From the NCBI GenBank assembly GCA_964016885.1, contig OZ024747.1:68634001-68698000 (forward strand): a stretch of 64,000 nucleotides of DNA, read 5' to 3'. Below are positions 13,833 through 24,740 of the stretch, piece by piece. The notes below the pieces were generated by a model. It searched no databases and had not been told where the DNA came from. It saw only the letters and a list, made by a program, of their open reading frames with translations. The DNA is from Eledone cirrhosa. Taxonomy: Eukaryota. How positions within the stretch are numbered: position 1 is the stretch's first letter; each line of letters begins with the position of its first letter. Both the position numbers and the translations under genes were made by a program.

Positions 13833-16565
13833 ATATATATCTTTTAAAATATATTTTGTAGCCCAGAACTGAAACCGGTTGCGAAAGAAGTTCTAGTTGT
13901 ACTCAAGTAAGTTTTCTTCTAATTAAATATATTAGGACCCACCCCCTTCTAAAAAAAAAAAAAAAAAATGGTATCTAGTGTTTAAGGAGACAAAATAGTT
14001 TCCCTTTGAAGCAAAGGTAATGTATCTGGCTTAGTTACTTGATAAAAATATACTGTTTAATTTTTTAGTCAGATATTCAGCTTGAAATCTAGACAAAATT
14101 TTTATGGTCAAATTCCTTGAAGTAAATATACAGTGAAATTCCATTATAACGAAATTCACAGGGTATAAAAAAAAAATTTGTTGTAATGAAAAATTCTTTA
14201 TAACAAGATCGACCTAACGCATTAAGTGTGTGGCCGGGGATTGAAAAAAATTTGTTATAATGGAATTTTACCTGTATATGTATTAAACAATTATTTTGCT
14301 TTTGAGGTTAAATATACTTATATAAATTGATGTGTTGTATAAATACCTTGAATTATGTATAAATACCTTAAATATAAATTGGTGCCTTGTAGACATTTAA
14401 TGTTATTTTTTTCTAGATTTCCTGAATGTAACAAATTATCACCTCCAATTTTACAACTGGATGAAATTACATTTTATTACCATGAAGATCAAGTCATATT
14501 TCACAATATTTGTGTCAGTGCCTCAATGGAATCCCGTATATGTATTGTAAGTAATATTTAAAAGAGAAAAAAATATTTTTCAATATTTTTAGTTGTGAGT
14601 GTTTGGGTGTTGGACTTATGATTGTAATGTTATAGGTTCAATTCTTGGACTGGGTGGTGTATTGTGTTGTTGAACAAAACATTTCATTTCATGTAGCTCT
14701 TGTCAATTCAGCTAAAAATAAGTACCAACAATGGCTAGGGGTTTACTCTGCAATAGACTGGCATCCTGTCTTGTAGGCAGTCTTATACTCTCAGTATTTA
14801 AACTGGCCGTGTCAGGCCAGAATTCGCTCATGTTTTTCTGTTCAAACCGGCCGTAACTGGCTGTTCATACTGACGTTAAGGTATTGTTCTTAAAATAAAT
14901 AACATCAAAATCTCATAGATTCGATATTATGTGAGATAATTATGTATGATAAGGACTTTGCCACAAAAATACAATAGTATATATAGAATAATATAAATGC
15001 TAAAGGGTTAAACACTAATTAAATCAGGATAAGCTGTGGCCTGTTGTGCCTCTCGGCTTTGGACAGACTTTAACTTTAATAATCAAGAATTTAGTGTCTA
15101 TTTACTTTCTCTGGCATTTTTTTATCAGACAATTCAGTTTCTTTTCGGTTAGACTTCAACCAGAAGACATGCATTAACTGCATTACCACATCATACTGTA
15201 TACAAACTCTTATACTGACTCACATGTATACACACATGTTTATGTCTGCTGACTCCTATAAACCATGAACCATCTTTTCATATTACTTGGCTTACTTAGA
15301 ACTGACATTTCACAGTGTTGAAATCGAAACCTTTTTACCTACTTATTTATATTTTTGTTAGTGTTCACCCAGGTTGGGTTGAATTGGCTCTACTCAGTAC
15401 ATCCGCAGTGGTTAAACATGCACTGTGATCACAGCGGTCTAACACAGATAGCGTCAACAAAGATTTCAATGGTGGACACCATATATGTGAGGACCATATT
15501 TTTACAATCTACAACATTCTTTTTGTAAGCCAAGCTCGTCACAGTCAGTGACTGGTGACAAGTAGAAAATATATTCTATTTGGTGTTTTCTACAGAATAA
15601 AATCTGTTTTTATCAATCTATATTTCTGTACATTATCATGCACATTTATTTTTGACTGATGCAATATAATGTTTGTAGTTAGTTTTGAACTCATAGCAAG
15701 ACTTGAATTCTATTTTGACATAATATTAGACTATTGATGATTGTAAACAATATTCTTTCAGGTTGGTGAAAACGGTGCTGGTAAGACTACACTTCTTAAG
15801 ATTTTACTTGGTGAATTAAATCCTATGAAAGGTTTACGAAATGCTCATAGAAATTTGAAGATTGGTTATTTTAGCCAACATCATGTAGACCAGCTTGAAA
15901 TGGATGTATCATCCATAGAATTATTGGCATTGCGATACCCAGGTAAGTTTCTTGCAATCATCACTGTTTAACACCTATTTTTCCATGTTTACATGGTTTA
16001 GACGGGTTGTTTTTATTAAATCTGTCCAGTTGGCTGTACCATGGGTGGTCGTGTTACGAGACAAGTCAGTCCAGATTGCTGCGCCGTACCTTGTACATAT
16101 AGGGACTTCCTATCACCAACTACTTTACAGCAAATAATGGGTGTATTTATCTTTTCTAACTACAGGAAAAGCGATAGTTAACACTAACTTTAATGAGTTT
16201 CTGTTATTTATAAAGGCATTTATCATAGTCAGATTTTAAGTCTAACATCTTTTTATGATTCAGAAGAAAATATCTAAAAATGGGTTTGTTAATTCAAATG
16301 TTTATAGTATTTTTACTATTACATTAATTTTTAATGTGATGTAATCAAATTCCTTTTTTTTGTGTTTTAGGTAAACCAATTGAAATGTATCGATCTATTC
16401 TTGGATCATTTGGAGTCAGTGGAGAGTTGGCAACACGTTCTGTAGCATCTCTGTCTGGAGGACAGAAAAGTAGAGTTGCTTTCGCTGCAATGAGTGTTCT
16501 TTGGTAAGATATTTCTCTTTCAAACAATGATATCTCCAATACGTTTTTTTAACCAACAAATCCTA

Positions 16566-16619
<54 letters not shown>

Positions 16620-19600
16620 ATGAAATTATTGTGTACAGTGTTCAGGTGCACTATAAATTCTAACCATATCTCAACAAATCCTAACCATATATATATATAT
16701 ATATATCACATTGCCTTATTTAAACTGTTTTGGGGATGTTAATTTGTAATTTTAATGAGTGATTTTATGTTTTATGTTCTAAATATTATTTTGAGTTGAA
16801 TATGGAAGCATTTTAATAAACTCTGAAGACACCTGTATTGTAAGCACTAATCATGAGTTATTAAACAAAATAACTCACTATACATGACTCAATACAGGTA
16901 GAAACAATTGTAAGTTTATAAAAGCCTTAACTCTGGTGTTATTTAAACTATTAATGTATAACAGCTCTGCATGACCCTCATTGCATTGAGCTAAAAAAAC
17001 GCCCTGTAAATGAGTATACTTACTCCCATTAATGTTATAAATATAACTATATTATAATATTAGTACTAATATTATTATTATGTATATATATCATCATCAT
17101 TGTTTTAACATCTATCTTCCACGCTAGCATATATATATATATATATATGCTAGCGACAGCTAGACGACAGCTGTATAACAAAGTGCAGGGCAATAAAGAT
17201 AGACGGTAGCCACGGAGTAGGCAGACCCAGAAAAACATGGGACGAGCTGATAAATTCCGACCTCACACGCTTACACCTCTCCAAGACAATGTCACTGGAC
17301 CGAGACCTTTGGCGGTACTCAGTAATAGAGAAGACCCGCCTTACCTAAATACAAAGTAAAAACCTACTACAGTCAGTAGGCATCTCTATCAAAACACACC
17401 CCCGTCCCACCACCTCCACCCCACCCACACGGCCCCTTTCAATGTAAAGTTATGTTGGTCCCACAACATCCAGGCCGAAACAAATGAGATCGTGTAGGTG
17501 TCACGACAAAAAAACACACAGTCCACGCTGTAATGTGGCCGTGTAGGCAACACGGTAAAAACCTCCCAGCCCCACACTGTAAATGTGGTTGGTGTTAGGA
17601 AGGGCATCCAACTGTAGAAAACCCGCCAGACAATCCTATGCGAGCAAGACAATCACTCTTGCCTCAAGTGGGAAAACCCCCGTCCAAACCCATGCAAGCG
17701 TGGAACACGGACGCTAAACCTGATGATGATGATGATGATGATATATAAGTTCTCACAGGTATAAGCTGAAGCTGAAGCATATAGACTGCCCCCACGCCCC
17801 TCCTACTGTAAAGTGGCCGTGTAGGTGTCATGACAAAAAGCACCCAGTCCACACTGTAAAATGGTCGTGTTAGCACCACAGTAAAAAAGCATCCAGTACT
17901 CCCTGTAAATGTGGTTGGTGTTAGGAAGTGCATCCAGCTGTAGAAACCGTTCTGTATGAGCAAGACATGGTCACCTGACCTGGCATTGCCCACAACAGGG
18001 CAACCTGTCTAACTCATGCTAGCGTGAAAACATTGACGTAAAATGATGATGAAGATGAGAGAAAGTGCTAGGCTTAATGGTTAGAGCGTTGGGCTTGTAA
18101 TTGAGAGGTTGTGAGTTCCATTCTCAGATTAGGTGATGTGTTGTGTCCTTGAACTAGACACTTCATTTTGTGTAGCTCTGCTGGTTCACTCAGCTGTGGA
18201 AGTTGTGGCGTCACTGGTGCCAGGGTTTTTGGACGTCATCGGTGGCAGGAGGACTGATATGAGCAACTGGCAACATTACTACCCTCCTGTTCATCACATG
18301 TCTCATGATATTTCTTCCATTTGAAATTTTCGCTGATAGCGAGCAGTGAGGAATTCTTGTCTTGACTGAGAAAGTCTCCTGATCTTTGAGATTTCTCGCG
18401 ATACTCTACTCAGAGTATCGTTATTTTTTTCAATAAAACTGCAGTATAGTAAGTAAGTAAAGATTTTTTTTTTTTATCTTGTTTGCTTTTCCCATATATA
18501 TATATATCCATATATATATAAGCGTAAAAGTTGGTGTTCATCAGGGTGCCGTTCTTAGCCCCCTACTATTTATTATTGCCCTTCAGGCTATAACTGTGGA
18601 GTTCAAGACCAGCTGCCCATGGGAACTCCTATACGCAGATGATCTAACGCTCATAGCTGAATCAATGGCCGAACTAGAGAAGAAATTCCAAGCATGGAAG
18701 CATGGCTAGAATCAAAAGGCCTTAAAATTAACCTGTCTAAGACTAAAGTTCTAGTTTGTAGGAAGGAAAATAGGGCGCCGGTCCCATCCGGGAAATGGCT
18801 ATGCTCAGTGTGTAGGAAAGGAGTAGGTAGAAACTCCATTTTATGTCCCAAATGGAAATGGAAAAAGTTCAGAGAGCTTATACCACTATTAGCCGCTAAA
18901 GGGTTCTCCCTAAAAATGAAAGGCAGGCTGTATGATGCCTGCATACGAACAGCAATGTTGCATGGCAGTGAGACCTGGGCATTGTGTGTAGAGGATATAC
19001 GCAGACTGGAGAGGAACGAAGCTTGCATACTCCGCTGGATGTGTAATAGTAATATACGTGAACGGCAAAGCATAAATGAACTAAGGGAAAAATTAGAAAT
19101 AAGAGGGATCAGATGTTGTTTACTCGATAGAAGGCTACGTTGGTATGGTCATGTGATGCGTATGAAAGACGACAGCTGTATAAAAAAGTGCAGGGCAATA
19201 AAAATAGACGGTAGCCACGGAGTAGGCAGACCCAGAAAAACCTGGGACGACTTGATAAATTCCGACCTCACACACTTACACCTCTCCAAGACAATGTCAC
19301 TGGACCGAGATCTTTGGCGCTACACAGTAATAGAGAAGACCCGCCTTACCTAAGTACAAAGTGAAACCTACTACAGTCAGTAGGCACCTCTAACAAAATA
19401 CACCCCCGTCCCACTACCCCCACCCCATCCACACTACCCCTTTCAATGTAAAGTTATGTTGGTACCACAACATCCAGCCCGAAACAAATGAGGTTGTGTA
19501 GGTGTCACGACAAAAAAACACAGTCCACGCTGTAATGTGGCCGTGTAGGTAACACGGTAAAACGTGGTTGGTGTTAGGAAGAGCATCCAGCCATAGAAAA

Positions 19601-22600
19601 CCCGCCAGACAGTCCTATGCGAGCAAGACAACCACTCTTGCCTCAAGTGGGAAAACTCCCGTCCGAACCCATGCAAGCGTGGAATATGGACGTTAAACGA
19701 TGATGATGATGATGATATATACCTATATATATCTATATATATGGGGGAGCATGTGGCTTAGTAGTAATGTTGTGGGCGGGATTCCTGAATTGCATGTGTT
19801 CTTGAGCAAAACACTTCATTTCATATTGCTCCAGTATACTCAGCTGAAAATGAGTACCAGTAATAGCTGGGGGTTTAACCCTGCGATGGACTGGCGTCCT
19901 GTCCAGGGGGAAGTCTTGCACTCTCAGTTGCTTCACGCCATGAAACCAGGATAGGCACCGGCCAAATGAATCTTCTGGCTTAAGACAGACTCTAGATATA
20001 TAGGGCGAAACTGAGCATATGAGGGATTAAATACTGTGTGCAGGAGAGAAGACTGCAGTGGTATGGTCACGTGATGCCAACTGGCCAAACCTCACACATA
20101 AATTGAATCCATTAAAGGAATAAAAGAACACACAATCACATCTGAACAGTTTCCATCTATCAGATTTCACTTATAAGGTTTAGTTTGACCTGAAAGTGTG
20201 GAAGAAGACTCTTGCCCAAGGTGCCATACAGTGATATCAACCATCTTAACCCTTTAGCATTCACATTATTCTATATTTACTATTATATTTTCATGGTAAA
20301 GGCTTTACCTCGCATAATTATCTCAGATAATATCGAATCTATGAGATTTTGAAAGTATTTATTTTGAGAACAATACCTTAACATCAGTGTGAGTGGCCAG
20401 TTTCAACAGAAAGAGGTAGAGAATTCTGGTCGGTTTGAACATTAAAGGGTTAACATCTGTATATAACTAGATAAATATTTGTTTTCAGCCCCAACTTCTT
20501 CATTCTTGATGAACCTACAAATCACCTTGATGTGGAAACTATAGAAGCTTTGGGAAATGCTCTTCAAAAATTCAAAGTAAGATCTGACTTTAATATTCTA
20601 ATTTTAATTATGGAAACTAATGAATTGATGATTTATTTCAAAGCTAGTGTCTGGTTTCAAAATTGACTTATTTTTTGAACAATTTTGCATTTAGCCTTAT
20701 AGCAGTATTTGACTCAGAAAAGTACTAAGTACATCTCGTTGAAATTTGCAAAGTTTTACTTGGCAGAGAAGGGTGATAGTGTTAGCAGGCTAATGACACT
20801 AGTCCTACCTTATCTCACGATAGCAGTAGCAGTCAGTTTGTAAATATTTATAGTTGAGAATTGAATGTTTTATCTTGTTTTGTTTGATCTGTCTCAAACT
20901 TGTTTTCCCCATTTTGTTCTTTCTCTCTTACCTCCCTTCATTTTATTTCTTATATGTCATATCAAAGTGGCCTGTAAAATTGTAGGACTTTTGGGATAGT
21001 GTTTTAAGACAGGATTCTCTCCCTGATGCTATTCATTTTAGTCCCTTTTTTATGATACAGAAGGGTACAGTGGACTTATGCTAAAATTGTAATACATGCA
21101 AAACAATATGTAAACAAAATTATTTATTAAAAAAAATGGAAACAAATACAAATGAATAAGATAGTTGACACCTATCACTTATTTTTATTTATTTATTATT
21201 TTATATCACAATTTATGAACAACAATATCATTAGTTATAAGTTTCCAATGAACCAATTACTGGCTCACTGAAATTTACAATGGTGAAAATGGGATATCCA
21301 CAGGCACATCTATGCAACTCAGACTGGATTGCCCTAAAGTGCCTGTTTAACTGCTTTTCTTATTAATATTTATATCTTTCACTATCACCAGGTAACACAT
21401 TGGCAGTTATTAGAGCATTAGACAAAATGCCTTGTGGTATTTGTTCTCTCTGCTCTCTGAGTTCAAATCCTGCCAAAGTCAACGTTGCCTTCCATCCTCT
21501 CAGGAACAATAAAATACAGTCCAGGGTGATGGATTAGCAGAATTATTAGAACATTGGATGACATGCCTGGAGAAATCTGATTGAGGTCTTGGTGTTTTGA
21601 GTTCTTTAGTGGTAGACTTTAGCATTTACGTTATTTTATGTATGCTATTGTATTTTCATGGTAAACACTTTATCTCACATGATATTGAATCTACGAGATT
21701 TTGATATTATTTATTTTGAGAACAATACTTTAACATAAATATGAGCAGCCGATTATGGCCAGTTTGAACAGAAAGAGGTGAAAGAATTCTGGCCTGATAT
21801 GGCCATATTAAATGCTAAAGGGTTAATCCATTGCTTGGTTTTTAAACCATCACCTGGTCTTTAGGTACCTTTAGTGGAGTTCACTCTGTTGGAAGCATTT
21901 GGGCCAGGTCTTCAATTTAAGAATAACTTTTTCTCTTTCTCCTACCACTCTTGAAGACCCTGAAAACATAGAGAGCCATGGAATCTGCCCTTCTCTCCTT
22001 CACTAAACAAAACACAAAACAAAAACATTTTATATTGTAATTTGTGAAAAATAGTTATTGGTTATATGTTTCCAACAGGCCAAACACTGATTCACTGCTT
22101 TTCTTATAGCAAGAGTAACAAGGTATCAATTATGATATCATCATATTTTGACCCTACAAAAATATTTAACAAATGCTTTTGCAGTGAAAGCATGAAAGAC
22201 AGTTATTAAAATATTGAACAAGAGACAAAGTGTCAGTGTTTAATATCCTGTCACCAGCACAAAGGTGCTTCTGTAAGATTCTAAAGGTCACCTAGCAAGA
22301 TCAGGCTAGGAACAAAAAGATCCTGTGGAGAGCAGGGTTGCATACACTACAAGAGATCGTCACGGAGTGTCAGTTCCATTTTGCGGGTCATGTTTTGTGT
22401 CTCCCAGAACACCACCCATCCAAAACGGTGATGATGTGGACTTCCTCCAAAGGCCAGCAGAAAAGAGGCTGTCTGAAGATGACCTAGCAGTGGACATTCC
22501 AAAGCAGCCTATGAGCTGTCAACATCACCTGGCATAGATATCAATAAGCTGCTACTGACCGACACCGTTGGAGAGTACTGGTTGACTTATGTTTCCGACA

Positions 22601-23179
22601 GAACAAGCCAGGCTAAGAGCTAAGCATTTTTTGTGTCTGTAGTGAAAGCATCAAGCTTTCATTGGTGAAGTCCACTGATCTCTAAGTCTGTATACCATTT
22701 TGGAAAATTGATTAGTACTTTGGTGTGACATCCTAAGTACTGAGTTCAGTTCCTCCTGTGGGAAATAGATCATGTTATAAAAGAGCTTCACATCCAAGGG
22801 AAGGTCTATTTCTCATCTGTTTAACACTGGAAACTGGAAAATTGTGATTTTAAAAAAATAAAAAAAAGGTTTTTAACAGGAATGAGGTCTGAATGCAAAA
22901 GTGTTGACTTAAGCAACATAATTGTGCCAGTATATTAAAAATTCTAACAAGATTGGAAAACATTATTTTTGTTATTAATTTACAAAATAGTTACAATGTA
23001 TTCTTTCTTCTTTTTTTTATATATAGGGTGGTGTAATTTTAGTATCTCACGATGAAAGACTTATTCGAGTTATTTGCAATGAACTATGGGTAGTTCAAGG
23101 TGGAACTGTAAGGAGTTTGGAAGGTGGCTTTGATGAGTACAAACAAATTGTAGAAAAAGAACTCCAAGCTTCACTATGA
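481..23179 (+). CDS. ABCF3: ABC transporter F family member 3 (GCN20-like), 17 coding exons in window, 5' end upstream of window
   Basis: Exons joined at GT-AG boundaries with consistent phases give two ABC domains: Walker A GRNGLGKTT and GENGAGKTT, signatures FSGGWRMR and LSGGQKSR, Walker B LLLLDEPTN and FFILDEPTN, H-loops VSHD. The linker QQYREHIQVFIDRFRYNANRASQVQSKLK is characteristic of ABCF3. Stop TGA at 23177-23179. Confidence 0.96.
1593..1693 (+). CDS. ABCF3: ABCF3 exon (QVDQKKLEKAEAKLQKKNEKR...)
   Basis: ttgcag acceptor, gtaag donor, conserved KKLEKAEAKL. Confidence 0.92.
2095..2146 (-). ncRNA. Type I hammerhead ribozyme motif (antisense to ABCF3)
   Basis: Reverse complement: AGCTTTC CTGATGA TTTCTTTTGAAT GAAA CAG TTCTAGTC CTG TA GAAGCT. 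Stem III ACAG/CTGT, GUA triplet. Confidence 0.7.
2553..2741 (+). mobile_element. tRNA-derived SINE with Meta-like central domain
   Basis: A-box TGGCAGTATCGG, B-box GAGTTCACATCC, then TTGCCTTTCA...GGGGTCGATAAAATAAAGCACCAG. Related copies near 7262-7472(-), 21392-21520, 24950-25080(-), 25250-25438(-), 41005-41110(-), 43575-43900, 44075-44163(-), 45485-45590 and 62147-62310. Confidence 0.8.
2838..2963 (+). CDS. ABCF3: ABCF3 exon (ELASASQQLNRRDTKMDASGSNKSYDIRIDNFDVSYGE)
   Basis: CAGCAG tandem acceptor (start 2838 or 2841), gttagt donor, conserved NKSYDIRIDNFDVS. Confidence 0.92.
4255..4359 (+). CDS. ABCF3: ABCF3 exon with Walker A1 (GRRYGFVGRNGLGKTT)
   Basis: tttgcag acceptor, gtaatt donor. Confidence 0.95.
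   Translation, partial: ESFDGCFHSFNIWSSVWFCWAKWIGQDNCVTNDI
4950..5114 (+). CDS. ABCF3: ABCF3 exon (IPSHISILHVEQEVVGDDTIALQSVLESD...)
   Basis: tctcag acceptor, gtatgt donor, Q-loop HVEQEV. Confidence 0.95.
5405..5735 (-). mobile_element. Mariner transposase C-terminal fragment
   Basis: HLFPNMTKHLAG...FFTNGIQALQHRWKKCVDHKGDYIEK* matches the mariner transposase C-terminus. Confidence 0.82.
6157..6581. mobile_element. Two tandem fold-back mini-elements in (TA)n, each carrying the 3' half of a hammerhead
   Basis: Hairpins at 6222-6358 and 6469-6581, each preceded by an unpaired 65-78 nt tail and bounded by (TA)n. Related fragment at about 55950-56055. Confidence 0.75.
6778..6924 (+). CDS. ABCF3: ABCF3 exon (IDADKAPAKAAVILAGLGF)
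   Basis: caacag acceptor, gtttgc donor. Confidence 0.94.
7262..7472 (-). mobile_element. tRNA-derived SINE (same family as 2553-2741)
   Basis: Reverse-complement match including A/B boxes and central domain. Confidence 0.8.
7896..7952 (+). CDS. ABCF3: ABCF3 exon with signature 1 (EFSGGWRMRLALARALFS)
   Basis: ttgtag acceptor, gtaagt donor. Confidence 0.95.
8446..9153. mobile_element. Old hAT (Charlie-like) non-autonomous element
   Basis: TIR TAGTAGTTCCCAAACTT / AAGTTTGGGAATCACTG, degenerate 8-bp TSD ctttatgg/ctctattg. Confidence 0.6.
9464..10034 (-). mobile_element. Non-autonomous Helitron
   Basis: On the minus strand begins TC and ends with a subterminal hairpin plus CTAG, inserted in A|T. 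Homologous to 13097-13539. Confidence 0.7.
10077..10099 (+). CDS. ABCF3: ABCF3 23-nt microexon encoding Walker B1 (PDLLLLD)
   Basis: tttctag acceptor, gtatgt donor. Required to join KPDLLLLD|EPTN in frame. Confidence 0.92.
10554..10932 (+). mobile_element. piggyBac-like MITE interrupted by an RTE 3'UTR fragment (about 10570-10742)
   Basis: TTAA|CTCTTTAGCATTTA...TAAATGCTAAAGGG|TTAA. The insert ends in (GAT)n. Confidence 0.75.
10966..11021 (+). CDS. ABCF3: ABCF3 exon (EPTNMLDMKAIIWLEDYLQ)
   Basis: ttacag acceptor, gtaata donor. Confidence 0.95.
11470..11670 (+). CDS. ABCF3: ABCF3 exon (TWVSTILVVSHDRQFLN...QQYREHIQ)
   Basis: cctag acceptor, gtatgt donor. Confidence 0.95.
12246..12296 (+). ncRNA. 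Hammerhead motif, same family as 2095-2146, with a stem III mismatch
   Basis: GGCTTC CTGATGA TTTTTCCCGAAT GAAA CAG TTCTAGTC CTC TA GAAGCC. Stem I is a perfect 6 bp; C:C mismatch at 15.2/16.2. Confidence 0.6.
12782..12858 (+). CDS. ABCF3: ABCF3 exon (VFIDRFRYNANRASQVQSKLKLLEK)
   Basis: tttcag acceptor, gtaagt donor. Confidence 0.95.
13097..13539 (-). mobile_element. Non-autonomous Helitron (second copy)
   Basis: A|TCTAAACTATAATAAAG ... hairpin ... CTAG|T on the minus strand. Homologous to 9464-10034. Confidence 0.72.
13775..13829. repeat. (CT)n microsatellite
   Basis: Direct reading. Confidence 0.95.
13862..13906 (+). CDS. ABCF3: ABCF3 exon (PELKPVAKEVLVVL)
   Basis: ttgtag acceptor, gtaagt donor. 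Confidence 0.92.
14131..14274. mobile_element. Tigger/pogo-like MITE
   Basis: TA|CAGTGAAATTCCATTATAAC ... GTTATAATGGAATTTTACCTG|TA. Confidence 0.75.
14417..14546 (+). CDS. ABCF3: ABCF3 exon (FPECNKLSPPILQLDE...ESRICI)
   Basis: ttctag acceptor, gtaagt donor. Confidence 0.95.
15762..15942 (+). CDS. ABCF3: ABCF3 exon with Walker A2 (VGENGAGKTTLLK...GYFSQHHVDQL)
   Basis: tttcag acceptor, gtaagt donor. Confidence 0.95.
16371..16503 (+). CDS. ABCF3: ABCF3 exon with signature 2 (SLSGGQKSRVAFA)
   Basis: ttttag acceptor, gtaaga donor. Confidence 0.95.
16816..16919 (+). ncRNA. Type I hammerhead ribozyme motif with long stem II, sense strand of an ABCF3 intron
   Basis: ATAAACT CTGAAGA C ACCTGTATTG [loop] CAATACAGGT A GAAA CAATTG TA AGTTTAT. 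Stem I 7 bp, stem II 10 bp, palindromic ACAATTGT. Confidence 0.75.
17163..17741 (+). mobile_element. 5'-truncated RTE LINE (3' end of ORF plus 3'UTR with (GAT)n tail)
   Basis: Near-identical to the reverse complement of 57880-58455. Confidence 0.9.
18521..19716 (+). mobile_element. 5'-truncated RTE LINE with internal deletion and frameshift
   Basis: VKVGVHQGAVLSPLLF...LYADDL...RRLRWYGHV and a (GAT)n tail. Most of the PHD segment is deleted (ILCPK|WKWKKF). Confidence 0.9.
19742..19990 (+). mobile_element. SINE with CORE-like and V-like segments
   Basis: TGTGTTCTTGAGCAAAACACTT followed by ACCCTGCGATGGACTGGCGTCCTGTCCAGGG. Related copies near 14590-14790, 18066-18200 and 48185-48265(-). Confidence 0.6.
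20250..20449 (+). mobile_element. piggyBac-like MITE
   Basis: TTAA|CCCTTTAGCATT...ATTAAAGGG|TTAA. Other copies near 4681-4872, 6948-7000, 14795-15007 and 21617-21822. Confidence 0.78.
20489..20576 (+). CDS. ABCF3: ABCF3 exon (PNFFILDEPTNHLDVETIEALGNALQKFK)
   Basis: tttcag acceptor, gtaaga donor. Confidence 0.95.
22290..22625 (+). mobile_element. Degenerate RTE-clade LINE 3' fragment
   Basis: Off-track frames read FAGHVLCLPEHHPSKTVMMW...DRHRWRVLV. Confidence 0.6.
23027..23179 (+). CDS. ABCF3: ABCF3 terminal coding exon (GGVILVSHDERLIR...ELQASL*)
   Basis: tatag acceptor, TGA stop. Confidence 0.95.
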   Translation, partial: GGVILVSHDERLIRVICNELWVVQGGTVRSLEGGFDEYKQIVEKELQASL

Positions 23180-23256
23180 CGACAATCTGGTATTCCATAA
23201 ATTAGTTTATCCTTGGGAAAATTAGAATTCTTTGTATATCTATTTTCCTGATTTTC

Positions 23257-23262
23257 AATAAA
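23257..23262 (+). terminator. Putative ABCF3 polyadenylation signal AATAAA
   Basis: First AATAAA after the stop, followed by T/GT-rich sequence. Confidence 0.55.
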
Positions 23263-23359
23263 AATTACATCTTAAAACATTGCACTTATATTTTTTGTTA
23301 ATTTCTTTGTGTAAATACATTTGTTTTCTAAATTTTTGCTGTTGATTGTATAAAGTGGT

Positions 23360-24740
23360 ACATCCTCACAAGGTGGAGAGATACTTTGCTGATCTCCTAA
23401 ACCTGATTACAACATCTGATGTACACGAGGTACATCTGGAAGCAGTGACTAATCTCTGAGGCTGAGGTCAGTTAAAGACCTCAAATGTGGCAAGGCCGCT
23501 GGGGAAGATGAAATCCGGCAACAAGATTTTAAAAGCCTTAAATAGAGAAGGTGTTCTCTAGCTGACTTGTATGTATTGGGTGTCCTGGATCTCTGTAAAG
23601 ACACCTAAGCAATGGCAATTGGGAGTGATAATCCCGATTTTCCAAAGTCTCTGGCAGGGAGATTGTCGAATCCAAGTTAGCTGGTGAACAGTGTGGTTTT
23701 CGCCCCAGACGCAGCACAGACAACCAAATATCACACTGCGACAGGTTTTCGAGAAATCATAGAAGTATTGCCAAGAGGTATATTCTTGTTTTGTTGACCT
23801 TGAAAAGGTGTATGACTGCGTTCCTTGGGACCAGTTGTGGAAGGCTGTGCAGGAGTATGGGATTGATGGTCAGCTTCTTGCTGCCTGGATGTTTCTATAC
23901 AAATGCCTGAGTATTTGTGTTTGGATAAATGGTGCTAAATCAAAACAATGGAATGTGGGAGTCAGACTCTGCCAATGGTGTGTACTATCACCCCTCCTGT
24001 TCATTATTTACATGCACAATTGAGCTGGAAGTGGTATCATGACTGGTGGATGTAAAATCAGTTGGTTGGAATTTTCAGAAGACATGGTGTTACATAACTC
24101 GAGAGAAGGTGATCTCGCACTTAAGTGCTGCAAAAACTGAGATACTCATCCTCTGTAGTCGACATGTGAATGGAGTTCTACTGAAGAGGGTAGAGAAGCT
24201 CAAGTATCTTGGGGCCATGTTCACGAGTGATGGAAGGCAGGAGGCTGAATTAAATGCAAGAATTGCAGGAGCTGGTGCAGTAATGCACCATCTTCAAGAT
24301 TCAGTAATCAGAAGGGAGGTAGGTATAAAAGCCAAACTTGCTATTTTCAGTTCAGTATTTGTGCCAACCTTTACCTATGGTCATGAATCTTGGGTAATGA
24401 CCGAAAGAATACGATCTCAAATAAAAATGGCCTTTGGAGTAACGTTACTTGATAGAGTGCATAGATCAGAGGTCAGCGAGTCACTCCAGGTAGAACAATA
24501 CTTCTCCAAATTGAGAGATCACAGCTCCGATACTATGGGCATGTGGTTAGAATATCTCAGGAAGGAATCACTGGTAGATTTGGAGGCAGACCCCAAACGA
24601 TGTTGGATAACATCCAAGAGCTTGGCTGGTCTCGCTTGGGGATCCAGCTGGATCAGTTTGAGTTGGTTGCTTCTGACTGGAAGGCATGTTTGAGGACGTT
24701 CCCATGACCTCTCATGAATAAGTGGGCGAAGAAGAAGAAG
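23360..24740 (+). mobile_element. Degenerate RTE (BovB/Expander-like) LINE, second family
   Basis: QCGFRP, FVDLEKVYDCVP, LSPLLF, KYLG, TYGHESW with stops and frameshifts, (GAA)n tail. 3'-end copies near 4430-4625 and 29528-29810. Confidence 0.85.

Noticed and set aside
16361-16376. AG|GT recursive site at an ABCF3 exon start
   Set aside because: GT simply completes the Gly codon, and GTAAAC is a weak donor.
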